Assembly (NCBI GenBank): GCA_963756895.1
Contig: CAVWPI010000007.1
Span: forward strand, 281,230-345,229
DNA length: 64,000 bases
Origin: an uncultured Actinomycetes bacterium
GTDB taxonomy: Bacteria; Actinomycetota; Acidimicrobiia; IMCC26256; DASPTH01
Reading direction: 5' to 3'
This document shows positions 44,449 to 53,696 of the stretch, piece by piece (positions within the stretch are counted from its first letter, which is position 1; each line of letters begins with the position of its first letter). The notes under the pieces were generated by a model. It ran no database searches. It was not told the DNA's origin and saw nothing but the letters and a program-made list of their open reading frames with translations. Both the position numbers and the translations under genes were made by a program.

Positions 44449-45092
44449 TCAACCCGGCGAAGGAAAGATCGACTCGGTGCGGCTGGTGCGCCCCTCGAGC
44501 AATCGGTCGGCGTACCAGAGCAGCGCGACGAGGGAAGCGAGCGCAACGAGTCCGCCCACACCCGCGGCGACGCCGAGCGGGGCATCGACGATCGCACCGA
44601 GGGCGATCGCGATCGCGCTACCACCGACCACGCTGTTCACCACCGCGACAACCGTCGCGAACGTGAAGAACTGCCTGCGCTTCTCGGACGGCACCGCCGC
44701 GTTCTCGAACACCCCTCGTCCGTCGTCGTGCCCGGAGAGCAGAACACCTTCGCCTGGTCGCCCGCGATCTGCTTGTAGTAGTTGCGGATCCGGTTGATGG
44801 CGACGCCGTAGCGGAAATCCTCGGCACCACACTCGACCACGCGCACGAACGTGAAGACCCCGAGGACGTAGAGCGTCGGGAGCACGGTGAGGGCGAAGAC
44901 GTCGAAGGTGGAGCCTGTCTGTGACGCCGGACCGATGAACCCCAACGCGACGAGGGTGCTCGACACCGCGAGGATGTAGAGCGAGGCGCGCGACGCGCTC
45001 TCGCTCGCGGTCTGGGAGCGGGCGCTCTGGAGCGTGAAGTGCTCGGTGGTCAGCGCGGTCAAGAGCTGCTGGCGATCCGGATCCTCCGCCAC
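44449..45092 (-). CDS. Four-TM hypothetical membrane protein; frameshift near 44745
   Basis: LTTEHFTLQSAR...INRIRNYY, followed by two more helices in ORF 44449..44832. Confidence 0.65.
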
Positions 45093-45147
45093 CCGATCAA
45101 CGTACCAATGCGGATCGTGGAGCAAAGGGTGCCAATCGAGTCCATCG

Positions 45148-46065
45148 TCAGTCGACCAGCGTGGCGAGGTGGTCGAGGGTCCGCCGGCGATCGCGCTCGG
45201 TGCCGGTGGGGATGGCGACGAAGTCGGTGGCTCCGACCGCACGGAGTCGCTCGAGGTGCGCAGTGACGGCTGCCTCGTCGCCGACGACGGAGACGTCGGC
45301 GGGACCTTCGGCGCCTTCCGCGTCGAGCACGGCGCGGTACACGGGCAGATCGCCGTATCCCGCGAGCTGTTCACCGGCGGCGGCGCGACCGTGGGCCTCG
45401 TCGTCGGTGACGATGGTCGGGAGCGCGACGACCACACGCGGATCGGAACGCCCCGCCGCGCGCGCGGCGTCGTGGAGCAGTGGAACAACCTGCCGCTCGA
45501 GCGTGACCGGGCCCGTGCACCACGTGACCGTGCCGTCGGCCACACCACCTGCGAGCGCGAGCATCCGAGGCTGCAGTGCGGCGAGCAGCAACGTGGGCGC
45601 GGTCGCGCCGGGCAGCGCGAGCTGCGCGTGCGCGGAGACGGTCTCGCCGTCGACGTCGACTGCGCCATCCTGCAACAGCGGCACCAGTGCGTCGAGGTAT
45701 TCGCGCATGTGCCGCGCCGGACGGTCGTACGACAACCCGTACGTCCGCTCGATGGTCACGCGATGCGACAGCCCGATGCCGAGCAGCAGCCGCGATCCGG
45801 TGGCCGCATTCACGGTGAGCGCCTGCGCGGCCAGCGCCACGGGATGCCGCGGGTAGGTCGGCACCACGGACGTCCCGAGCTCCACCCGGCGATCGGCGTG
45901 CCTCGTCTCGCGCCCGACGAGGGCGAGGACGGTCAGTGCGTCGAAACCGAAGCTCTGCGGCAACCACACCGACGAATAGCCGCGGCTTGCGACCTCGACC
46001 ATGCGGGCCACGGTCTCGTCGAGCGGTGCGTGCTCCTTGGTAGGGAAGAAGACGCCGATGCGCAT
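45148..46065 (-). CDS. LLM-class (probably F420-dependent) oxidoreductase
   Basis: LGTSVVPTYPRHP, LGIGLSH, LAALQPRMLALAG. Confidence 0.9.
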   Translation of the reverse strand: MRIGVFFPTKEHAPLDETVARMVEVASRGYSSVWLPQSFGFDALTVLALVGRETRHADRRVELGTSVVPTYPRHPVALAAQALTVNAATGSRLLLGIGLSHRVTIERTYGLSYDRPARHMREYLDALVPLLQDGAVDVDGETVSAHAQLALPGATAPTLLLAALQPRMLALAGGVADGTVTWCTGPVTLERQVVPLLHDAARAAGRSDPRVVVALPTIVTDDEAHGRAAAGEQLAGYGDLPVYRAVLDAEGAEGPADVSVVGDEAAVTAHLERLRAVGATDFVAIPTGTERDRRRTLDHLATLVD

Positions 46066-46127
46066 GCTGTGGCGAGGCTGACACAGCCGACGACCGACCA
46101 CAACACCACACGCGCGATGATCGGGTG

Positions 46128-46826
46128 ATGCTGACCGACGAGCGCGGGGACCTCGACGCGCCCGACCGCGGTCCCGGGCCCCGCCACGGGCCTGCGCTGT
46201 GGCAAGTCGTCGCCCTCGTGGTGGCGCTGTGCTTCCTCGCCGGCGTCGTCGGGTGGTGGCTGAACCAACCCGACGACGAGTCGTTCAGCAAGGTCGACAT
46301 CGGGTTCCTCAGCGACATGGAGACCCATCACAACAGTGCCATCAACATGAGCTTCGACTACCTCGATCGTTCGCACGATCCGGTGGTGAAGCACTTCGCA
46401 CAGGAGATCATCAGCAGCCAGACGCTGGAGCTGGCGGCCATGAACGGCTACCTCAACCGGGCCGGTGGTGCTGCCGTCGCCGGCGACGGATCGGTGGCGA
46501 TGGCGTGGATGGGCCACCCGGTGCGGCCCGCCGACATGCCGGGGATGCCCTCCAAAGCGGAGATGGCCGACCTCGACGGGTCGGAGGGCCTCGCGGCCGA
46601 CGACCTCTTCACCCACCTCATGATCCGTCACCACGCCGGCGGCATCGGCATGGCCGAGTACGCCGCCGAGCACGGCGAGCACAGCGGCGTGCGGAACCTG
46701 GCCGCGACCATGGCAAAGGTGCAACGCACCGAGATCGCCGAGATCAACACCCGCCGCGTCGCCCTCGGCCTCCCGCCGATCCCCCAGTCGGAGATCCGCG
46801 AGCTGGAGACCACCCACTCGACCTGA
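46128..46826 (+). CDS. DUF305 protein, membrane-anchored
   Basis: FLSDMETHH, MPGM, MIRHHAGGIGMA. Confidence 0.88.
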   Translation: MLTDERGDLDAPDRGPGPRHGPALWQVVALVVALCFLAGVVGWWLNQPDDESFSKVDIGFLSDMETHHNSAINMSFDYLDRSHDPVVKHFAQEIISSQTLELAAMNGYLNRAGGAAVAGDGSVAMAWMGHPVRPADMPGMPSKAEMADLDGSEGLAADDLFTHLMIRHHAGGIGMAEYAAEHGEHSGVRNLAATMAKVQRTEIAEINTRRVALGLPPIPQSEIRELETTHST

Positions 46827-46863
46827 TCGGGTGATCCCTCGGCGCGGTCGCGCGCGGGGGACG

Positions 46864-48975
46864 TCAGGTGCCGAGGACCGGTCGGTTCGGAGGTTGCCAT
46901 GGGTGGCGTCGCAGCGCGTTGACCATGCGCAGCGCCTCCTGGGCGATCGCCCCCGAGAGCTTCGACTCCCCTGCGGTGCGGTCGTGGAACACGATCGGGA
47001 CCTCCACCACCGTGGCGCCGAGACGCGTCGCCCGATGGAGCATCTCGAGCTGGAACGCGAATCCCTGTGCGCCCACCGTGTCGAGCTCACACGCGTGGAG
47101 CAGCCGGGTGCGGAACGCGCGGAAGCCCGACGTCGGGTCGTGCGCCGGAAGATGGAGCAACAACCGCGCGTACTCACCGCCGACGCGCGAGAGCATCCGT
47201 CGCCGCCACGGCCATCCCGGCGTCGCGCCGCCATCGATGTACCGCGTCCCGATTGCGAGATCGGCACCCGCGTCGAGCGCCGCGATCAACGCGGGGAGGG
47301 TCACCGGATCGTGCGACAGGTCGGCATCCATCTCGATGACGGCGTCGTAGCCGTGCGCGAGGGCGTAGCGGAACCCGTCGCGGTAGGCGGCGCCGAGGCC
47401 GGGTTCGCCGTGGCGCCGCTCGACCGTGATCGCGCCGAGGGAACGGCCGAGACGTTCGGCGAGGTCGGCGGTGCCGTCGGGGCTGGCGTCGTCGACCACG
47501 AGCACGTCGACGGTCGGAGCCGCGCGCCGGATGCCGCGCAGCAACCGCTCGATGTTCTCCACCTCGTCCAGCGTGGGGACGACCACGAGCGCGCGGGAGA
47601 TCGGCTCGTGAGCGACGGTTCGCGCGACGTCGAGCGCAGGTGACTGCTCCTCGGTGGACGGGTCCGACCGCGCGCCGACCACGAGCGCCGCGAGCAGTCC
47701 GAGCACGATCAGGGGACCTCCGACCGCCGCGAGCTGGTGGAGATCGGCGCCGAAGGCGCCCGGTACGGGCTGGCGCACGATCTCGTACGCCATCACCAGC
47801 ACCACCCCCTGGTACGCGGCGATGCGGGCGACGCGACCACGGTGCTGCAACGCCGCGGTCGGGAGCGCCCAACCGACGTAGCCGGAGAGTGTGTACGCAG
47901 CGCCGAGCGTGAGCGCAGTGAGGGTGGCCGGCACCGCGACCTCGGGTCCCGACCGCGCGCTGCGCAGCAGCACCCAACACACGACGAACCCGACCACGGC
48001 CAACGCCAGCTGGGTCGTCGGCAGCGACCCACCCAGCACCATCGGTACCAACCGCCAGATCGACTCCCGCGAGTAGAGCGAACCTGCGGTGTCCATCGGC
48101 GTGAGGATCGCCGACCTGCCCGCGAGCGCGTAGGCGCCGACGACGGTGAGCGCCGCGGCGATGCCGACGCGGCGGGCCAAGCCACGTTCGCCGCGCACCA
48201 CCAACGACACCACCAGCGCGACGACGCCGACCATGCCGGTGAGCTTCACCAGCGCACCGAGGCCGCCGACCACGCCCGCGGCCGTCGGGTGCTGCCGCTG
48301 CGCGAGCACGACCGCGCCGAGCAGCGCGACACCCACGAGGATGTCGTTGCGCCCGCCGTTGACGAGGTACAGCGCGGTGAACGGGCTGAGGGCGAAGAAC
48401 GCGATCGCATCGGCCGAACGCGTCCGTCGCCACACGACGACGCAGGCCGTCACCAGCGCCACCGCGGCCAGACCCTGGTAGAAGAGGCGCGTCCCGAGCA
48501 CCGACGTGCTCAGCACCACCGATGCGACCCCCGACAGCGCGGTGAACGCGGGGCCGTACACCGACGGTGTGTGCCGCCAGGTGTGCCCGACCAGCGCGAG
48601 CAGCGGGTCGTGCGGGTACTGCACCGCGACGTGCGTGTACGGGCTCGCGTGGTACACCGCGAGGATGCGTCCGTAGATCGCGTACCACCAGAGGTCCTCG
48701 GTCGCGCCGGGCGGGCGGGCCAGAGCGACGACGGTCTGCAGCGCGACGGCGGCGCCGACGAGCTTGATCGAGAGGCCGGACGGGGCGCGCCGTGTGATCA
48801 GCGCGAGGTAGGCCACGCACGCGATCGCAATGAGCGCGACGTGCGCACCGTTCGAGAGCGACCCGCCCGCGCCGACGACGACCGCGGTGGCGAGGGTGGT
48901 GACGATCAAGGCGCTGACACAGAGAACGGTGGGCCCCGGCGCGGAGGGCAGTCTTCCTCGGCCGGGACCCACCAT
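46864..48975 (-). CDS. GT-C (MptA/GT87-like) glycosyltransferase fused to polyprenol-monophosphomannose synthase (GT2)
   Basis: EDLWWY, SPY, SVYGP, GRND, multi-TM; then VPTLDE, VVDDASPDGT, EMDADLSH, DPTSGFR. Confidence 0.82.
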   Translation of the reverse strand: MVGPGRGRLPSAPGPTVLCVSALIVTTLATAVVVGAGGSLSNGAHVALIAIACVAYLALITRRAPSGLSIKLVGAAVALQTVVALARPPGATEDLWWYAIYGRILAVYHASPYTHVAVQYPHDPLLALVGHTWRHTPSVYGPAFTALSGVASVVLSTSVLGTRLFYQGLAAVALVTACVVVWRRTRSADAIAFFALSPFTALYLVNGGRNDILVGVALLGAVVLAQRQHPTAAGVVGGLGALVKLTGMVGVVALVVSLVVRGERGLARRVGIAAALTVVGAYALAGRSAILTPMDTAGSLYSRESIWRLVPMVLGGSLPTTQLALAVVGFVVCWVLLRSARSGPEVAVPATLTALTLGAAYTLSGYVGWALPTAALQHRGRVARIAAYQGVVLVMAYEIVRQPVPGAFGADLHQLAAVGGPLIVLGLLAALVVGARSDPSTEEQSPALDVARTVAHEPISRALVVVPTLDEVENIERLLRGIRRAAPTVDVLVVDDASPDGTADLAERLGRSLGAITVERRHGEPGLGAAYRDGFRYALAHGYDAVIEMDADLSHDPVTLPALIAALDAGADLAIGTRYIDGGATPGWPWRRRMLSRVGGEYARLLLHLPAHDPTSGFRAFRTRLLHACELDTVGAQGFAFQLEMLHRATRLGATVVEVPIVFHDRTAGESKLSGAIAQEALRMVNALRRHPWQPPNRPVLGT

Positions 48976-49040
48976 TCGACCGACCGCAGTGGAGGGTCCT
49001 TGCGGCTGCGATCGGCGCACCACACGATCGTCGTCCCCTG

Positions 49041-49059
49041 CCGCTGAACCGCCGCTGAA
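49041..49059. promoter_or_regulatory. OmpR-type tandem binding site
   Basis: CCGCTGAA repeated at 11-bp period upstream of the GT fusion. Confidence 0.55.
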
Positions 49060-49065
49060 TCGCCG

Positions 49066-50425
49066 TCAGACGCCGGCGTGGAGCGGGAGCACGACAGTGA
49101 AGGCCGCCCCGGGAGCGTTCTCGACGGCGACCGAACCGCCGTGGGCGACGACGACGTCGTGCACGATGGCGAGACCGAGCCCGGCGCCGCCACCGTCGCG
49201 CCCGCGCGCGTCGTCGAGCTTGGCGAAGCGCTCGAAGACCCGCTCACGGTCGGCATCGGGGATGCCGGGACCGTCGTCGACGACCCGCAGGGTGACGTCG
49301 GTGCTCGACTCGACGAGCGACACGACCACCTCCGAACGCGCGTGGTGCGCGGCGTTGTCGAGCAGGTTGCGCACGACGCGCAGGAGCTGGTCGGCGTTGC
49401 CGTCGACCTGCGCGCCCGACACCGCGCTCGGTGTCGACGGCGAGCGCGCTGCTCGTGTGGAGACGACGGGTCTCGGCGAGGACGATCTCGTCGAGGTCGA
49501 CCGGCGCCCGGTGCGCGGCGTCGAGTGCCGACGCGTCGACGACGGCGATGGCGAGCAGGTCGTCGACGAGTCGCTGCATCCGGATCGCGTCGGCGAGGAC
49601 CTCCCGCTCCGTTGTCTGCCAGTCGGCGAGCTCCGGGTGCTCGAGGTCGACCTCGAGCTGCGCGCGGATCCCGGTGAGCGGGCTGCGCAGCTCGTGGCTG
49701 GCGTCGGCGACGAAGCGCCGTTGCCGATCGGTGGCGTCCTCGAGGCGGACGAGCATGGCGTTCATCGTGCGGGCGAGACGGCCGATCTCGTCCTCGCTGG
49801 CCGGTTCGGGCACGCGTCGGTGCAGGTCCTCGGCGCCGATGACCTCGACCTCCTGGCGGATCGCCTCCACCGGACGGAGCGCACGGCCGGTCACCACCCA
49901 GGTGACGGCGCCCATGAGCACGAGGAGCGCCGGCACCGCCCACCACAGCAGCCGCACCAGGCTGTCGGTGCTCCGGGCCACGCCCTCGAGGCTGCGCGCC
50001 ACGTAGACCACGTACGACCCGGTCGCCGTCTCGACCCGCCGCGCCACGACTCGGTACGGGCCGTCGCCCTGCCGCCCGATGCCAGCCACGGTGTGCGCGG
50101 CGTAACCGTCGGCGTCGGGATCCAACCGGCTGATGCGGACGTCACCGGGGATGTTCGCCGACGCGTCGACGACCACGCCATTGCCGTCGACGACCTGCAC
50201 GAGGTTCTCGTCGCCGCGCGGTACGGCCAGCGGATTGCGGAAGTCGCCGTCGTCGACCGCGGCGGCGATGTCCTGGGATCGCAACCGGGCGGTGGTCTCG
50301 AGATTCTTCGTGAGGGTGCTGCGGTGCGCGTGCACCAACCAGAACGAGCCGACCACGAGCGCGGCGCCGACGACGATCACCGCCGCCGCGGTGATGCGGA
50401 CCCGCACCGTCGCTAGTCGTCGCAC
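49066..50425 (-). CDS. HAMP sensor histidine kinase; frameshift near 49425
   Basis: ADASHELRSPL, NLLDNA, DDGPGI, GAGLGL. Confidence 0.92.
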
Positions 50426-50428
50426 GGG

Positions 50429-51106
50429 TCAGCCGCCTTCCGGATCGAGCCGGTAGCCCGCGCCGCGGATGGTCTCGATCAGCTGCTTCCCGAACGGCTC
50501 GTCGAGCTTGCGCCGCAGATGGCGGATGTAGACCTCGACGATGTTGGGGTCGCCCTCGAACGCGAAGTCCCACACGTTGTCGAGGATCTCGCCCTTCGAC
50601 ACGACCTCCCCGGCGCGCCGCAGCAAGAACTCGAGGACCGCGAACTCGCGCGCGGTGAGCGACACCTCGACGTCGCCGCGGCGACACCGATGGGTGACCG
50701 GATCGACCGCGAGGTCACCGGCGGTGTACACGACCGGCCGGGCGCGGCCGGTGCGGCGGAGCAAGGCCCGCAGTCGAGCCAGGAGCACGACGAACGAGAA
50801 CGGCTTGGTGAGGTAGTCGTCGGCCCCGGTGTCGAGGGCTTCGGCGTGGTCGTACTCGCCGTCTTTCGCGGTCAGCATCAGGATCGGTGTCCAGTTGCCG
50901 CCGTCCCGGAGCTGCTCGCACACCCGGTACCCGTTGATGCCGGGCAGCATGATGTCGAGCACGATGACGTCGTAGGGGTGCTCGGTCGCCATCCAGAGCC
51001 CGTCGGTGCCCGTGAGCGCCACGTCGACCGCGAAGCCCTCCGCCTCCAGGCCGCGCCGAACCGCCCCCGCGACCTTCTTCTCGTCCTCGACGATGAGCAC
51101 GCGCAC
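50429..51106 (-). CDS. OmpR-family response regulator
   Basis: VEDE, LDIMLP, DYLTKPF, TIRGAGY. Confidence 0.93.
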   Translation of the reverse strand: MRVLIVEDEKKVAGAVRRGLEAEGFAVDVALTGTDGLWMATEHPYDVIVLDIMLPGINGYRVCEQLRDGGNWTPILMLTAKDGEYDHAEALDTGADDYLTKPFSFVVLLARLRALLRRTGRARPVVYTAGDLAVDPVTHRCRRGDVEVSLTAREFAVLEFLLRRAGEVVSKGEILDNVWDFAFEGDPNIVEVYIRHLRRKLDEPFGKQLIETIRGAGYRLDPEGG

Positions 51107-51130
51107 CGGCAGCAGCGTGCTCCGTCGTTC

Positions 51131-51158
51131 CTGAAGACCTGCTGAACGCGCGCTGATC
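51131..51158. promoter_or_regulatory. OmpR-type triple binding site in a divergent promoter
   Basis: CTGAAG, CTGAAC, CTGATC at 51131, 51142, 51153. Confidence 0.6.
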
Positions 51159-51225
51159 GCAGAGAGTCGACAAAATGGTCACCACTGGGTCACGATGCGC
51201 ATCCGCAGACCGCGCAGGGGGACAC

Positions 51226-51660
51226 ATGTCGATGAACCAGGGTCAGTACGACACCCGGGCAGCCGAGGGCATCGGCTGGAAGATGTTCGCCGGCCTCATG
51301 ATGATCATGGTCGGCGCGTTCAACGTCGCCGACGGGCTGGTCGCGATCACTGACTCCAACTACTTCGCCAAGGCCGGAGGCACCGATCAGCTGCCGATCA
51401 CGAACGACCTCAAGACGTGGGGCTGGATCGTGTTCGTCTGGGGTCTGCTCCTCATCGTGTCCGGCGGGCTCGTGTTCGCAGGCAACGCCTTCGGCCGGGT
51501 GATCGGCCTGGTCGCCGCGATCGGCAACGCCATCGTGCAGCTCGGGTTCCTGGCCCACTACCCCTTCTGGTCGGCGATCATCATCCTCGTCGACGTCCTC
51601 GTGATCTACGCCCTGGCCGTGCACGGCGGTCGCATCGACTACGCCGACACGGGCGGCTGA
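51226..51660 (+). CDS. Four-TM actinobacterial membrane protein
   Basis: GWKMFAG...WGW...YPFWS...DVLVIYAL. Confidence 0.8.
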   Translation: MSMNQGQYDTRAAEGIGWKMFAGLMMIMVGAFNVADGLVAITDSNYFAKAGGTDQLPITNDLKTWGWIVFVWGLLLIVSGGLVFAGNAFGRVIGLVAAIGNAIVQLGFLAHYPFWSAIIILVDVLVIYALAVHGGRIDYADTGG

Positions 51661-51681
51661 CACCGCCCGACCCGCAGATGT

Positions 51682-51700
51682 TCTGAGAATCGTTCTCAGA
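51682..51700. promoter_or_regulatory. Fur/Zur-like operator
   Basis: TCTGAGAA-TCG-TTCTCAGA; core TGAGAAT-C-GTTCTCA; TAACGT -10 candidate at 51706. Confidence 0.6.
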
Positions 51701-51718
51701 TCAGGTAACGTCTCGGCC

Positions 51719-52339
51719 ATGACGAACGACGAGGCGCACGAATTCTGGGAGCATTTCTACGCCGAGCGCGACCAGGTGTGGAGCGGCCACCCCAACGTCG
51801 TCCTGGTGGAGGAGATCGACGCCCTCACCCCCGGCACCGCGCTCGATCTCGGTTGCGGCGAGGGCGCCGACGCGATCTGGCTGGCGAGCAAGGGCTGGCA
51901 GGTGGTCGCCGCCGACATCTCCCAGGCCGCGCTGGATCGGGGGCTCGCGCACGCGACCGACGCGGGCGTGGCCGACCGGATCGTGTGGGCGCGCCACGAC
52001 TTCTCGCGCTCGATCCCCGAGGGCCCGTTCGACCTGGTGTCCGCGCACTTCCTGCACTCGCCCGTCGACGACCCCCGCGATCCGGCCCTCCGGGCGGCCG
52101 CCGGCGCCGTCGCGCCGGACGGCACCCTGCTCGTGGTGAGCCATGAAGCCGTGCCGTGGCACCAGCACGTGGAGTTCCCCACCGCCACCGAGGTCCTCGA
52201 CGCACTGGACATCGACCGCGACGAGTGGACGGTCGAACGGCTCGGGTCACGAGGTCGACGAGCGAAGACGCCCGACGGCGTCGAAGTCGACGTGACCGAC
52301 AGCGTGGTACGACTCCGGCGTTCCCGATCGGCGCCTTGA
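51719..52339 (+). CDS. Class I SAM methyltransferase
   Basis: WSGHPN, LDLGCGEG, FDLVSAHFLH. Confidence 0.9.
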   Translation: MTNDEAHEFWEHFYAERDQVWSGHPNVVLVEEIDALTPGTALDLGCGEGADAIWLASKGWQVVAADISQAALDRGLAHATDAGVADRIVWARHDFSRSIPEGPFDLVSAHFLHSPVDDPRDPALRAAAGAVAPDGTLLVVSHEAVPWHQHVEFPTATEVLDALDIDRDEWTVERLGSRGRRAKTPDGVEVDVTDSVVRLRRSRSAP

Positions 52340-52630
52340 CCGAATTTTACCGGGTTTTGCTGGGTTTTCGCGCCGCCGGTTCTTCGTACCGACCGGTAGG
52401 ACGCGACCATGGGGCTCCCCACGAAACAGAGAAGCAGGTAGCTATGCCCTCAGTCCTCGACAACGACGTCGAACGCCCCTCCATGCAACAGCCCTACCCG
52501 GTGACCGATCTGGTCCGCACCTACCTCCAGCAGACCGGGAGCAAGTTCTTCGGCCCCGGCGCCGACCGGCGCGAGGAGCCCGAGCCCCGGACGGTCCACG
52601 ACCTCTGGGACTACCTCGGCGACTTCGCCT
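51935..52630 (+). repeat. Direct repeat, copy 1 (696 bp)
   Basis: Matches 62701-63397; by eye one substitution and one homopolymer T indel. Confidence 0.95.
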
Positions 52631-52632
52631 GA
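52444..52632 (+). CDS. Small 62-aa protein, copy 1 (ends WDYLGDFA)
   Basis: ATG after a purine-rich RBS; strong GC3 bias. Confidence 0.7.
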   Translation: MPSVLDNDVERPSMQQPYPVTDLVRTYLQQTGSKFFGPGADRREEPEPRTVHDLWDYLGDFA

Positions 52633-52739
52633 TCCGGTTCAAGCCTCGGACCGCGTCCGTCGTGCACCACGGCGTCTGCCACACATCGCCTCCGCCGGGC
52701 ATCACCGTTCAACGATCACCACACGCGGGTCGTCGATGA

Positions 52740-52960
52740 CACGTCATCGCGTCCGAGGGCGTCGTGGTTCTCCTCGCCGGTGCGGACTCGCACGACTCGA
52801 CCGATAGAACTCGCCCACGTCTTGCATCCCCGACCTTCCCCGAACGGGCGGCAGCCACGATCGCATCGACGATGGTGTCCGCCGACGAGTCGTCGACGAG
52901 CACTTGCGCGTTGCTTTCGGCAGGAAGTCGACCTTGTACTCGGTACCCCGGTAGGTCTCG
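52740..52960 (-). pseudogene. P-II (GlnB/GlnK) C-terminal remnant
   Basis: YRGTEYKVDFLPK, IVDAIVAAARSGKVGD, VRVRTGE...DAL in shifting frames; no N-terminus seen. Confidence 0.7.
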
Positions 52961-52977
52961 AAGGCGCGAGTCCGCGA

Positions 52978-53649
52978 TCAATCTGTGGGTGACGAAGGAT
53001 CCTGGGCGTCCACGTGTTCGGGCTCCTTCCGTTCTTCCTCGTGAGGCGCGGACTCTCGCCAATGACCGATGCCTTCATTCGTCGCGAAGGTGGCGACAAG
53101 GAGCGCTGCCGCGGCATCGGTCCACCACCAGCCGAGCGAAGCGTTGAGGACCAGCGCGATGAGGATGCCGGTACTCAGACACCCATCGAGGAAGGTCATA
53201 CCCGCTTCGGCCTGGAGGGGTTCGCTCCCGAGTTCGTCGGCTGTCACGCGTTTGAGTCTGGCGAGGCCAAACATGATGAGCGCGGTGACACCCAGATAGG
53301 CGATGCCGAGAGGTGAGTGGTCGGGTCGATCACCTCGGATCAGGGCGCGTGTACTTACGATGGCGAGGAAGAGGGCTAGCAACCAGAACGCCGCTGCGAT
53401 CAGGCGGAGCGCTCGGTGCACTCGCCGATCGCCGGGGTCACGACGTTTGTCGTGAAGGTTCCTGATCACGACCATGGACGCGAAGATCTCGATGATTGAG
53501 TCGAGTCCGAAGGCGATCAGGGCGAGCGACCCGGCCTCCACGCCGAGCGAGATGGTGACCACCACCTCCATCGAGTTCCAGGCATTGGTTGCCCATTCGA
53601 GACGGACGCCGCGTCGGCGCAGCTTCTCGATCGTCGCGGGCTTCGTCAC
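52978..53649 (-). CDS. Cation-efflux (CDF-like, TM-only) transporter
   Basis: GSLALIAFGLDSIIE, LGSEPLQAE, LGWWWTD. Confidence 0.85.
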   Translation of the reverse strand: MTKPATIEKLRRRGVRLEWATNAWNSMEVVVTISLGVEAGSLALIAFGLDSIIEIFASMVVIRNLHDKRRDPGDRRVHRALRLIAAAFWLLALFLAIVSTRALIRGDRPDHSPLGIAYLGVTALIMFGLARLKRVTADELGSEPLQAEAGMTFLDGCLSTGILIALVLNASLGWWWTDAAAALLVATFATNEGIGHWRESAPHEEERKEPEHVDAQDPSSPTD

Positions 53650-53696
53650 TTCACCATTGGCGCACAGGGCTCCTCCATCGCAAGGTCGCGGCGTCC

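Noticed and set aside
21400-45100. Integron cassette array
   Set aside because: Mixed orientations, no intI, no RYYYAAC...GTTRRRY sites seen; a recurring CAGTTC (near 26020, 35523, 36053) is too short to be meaningful.
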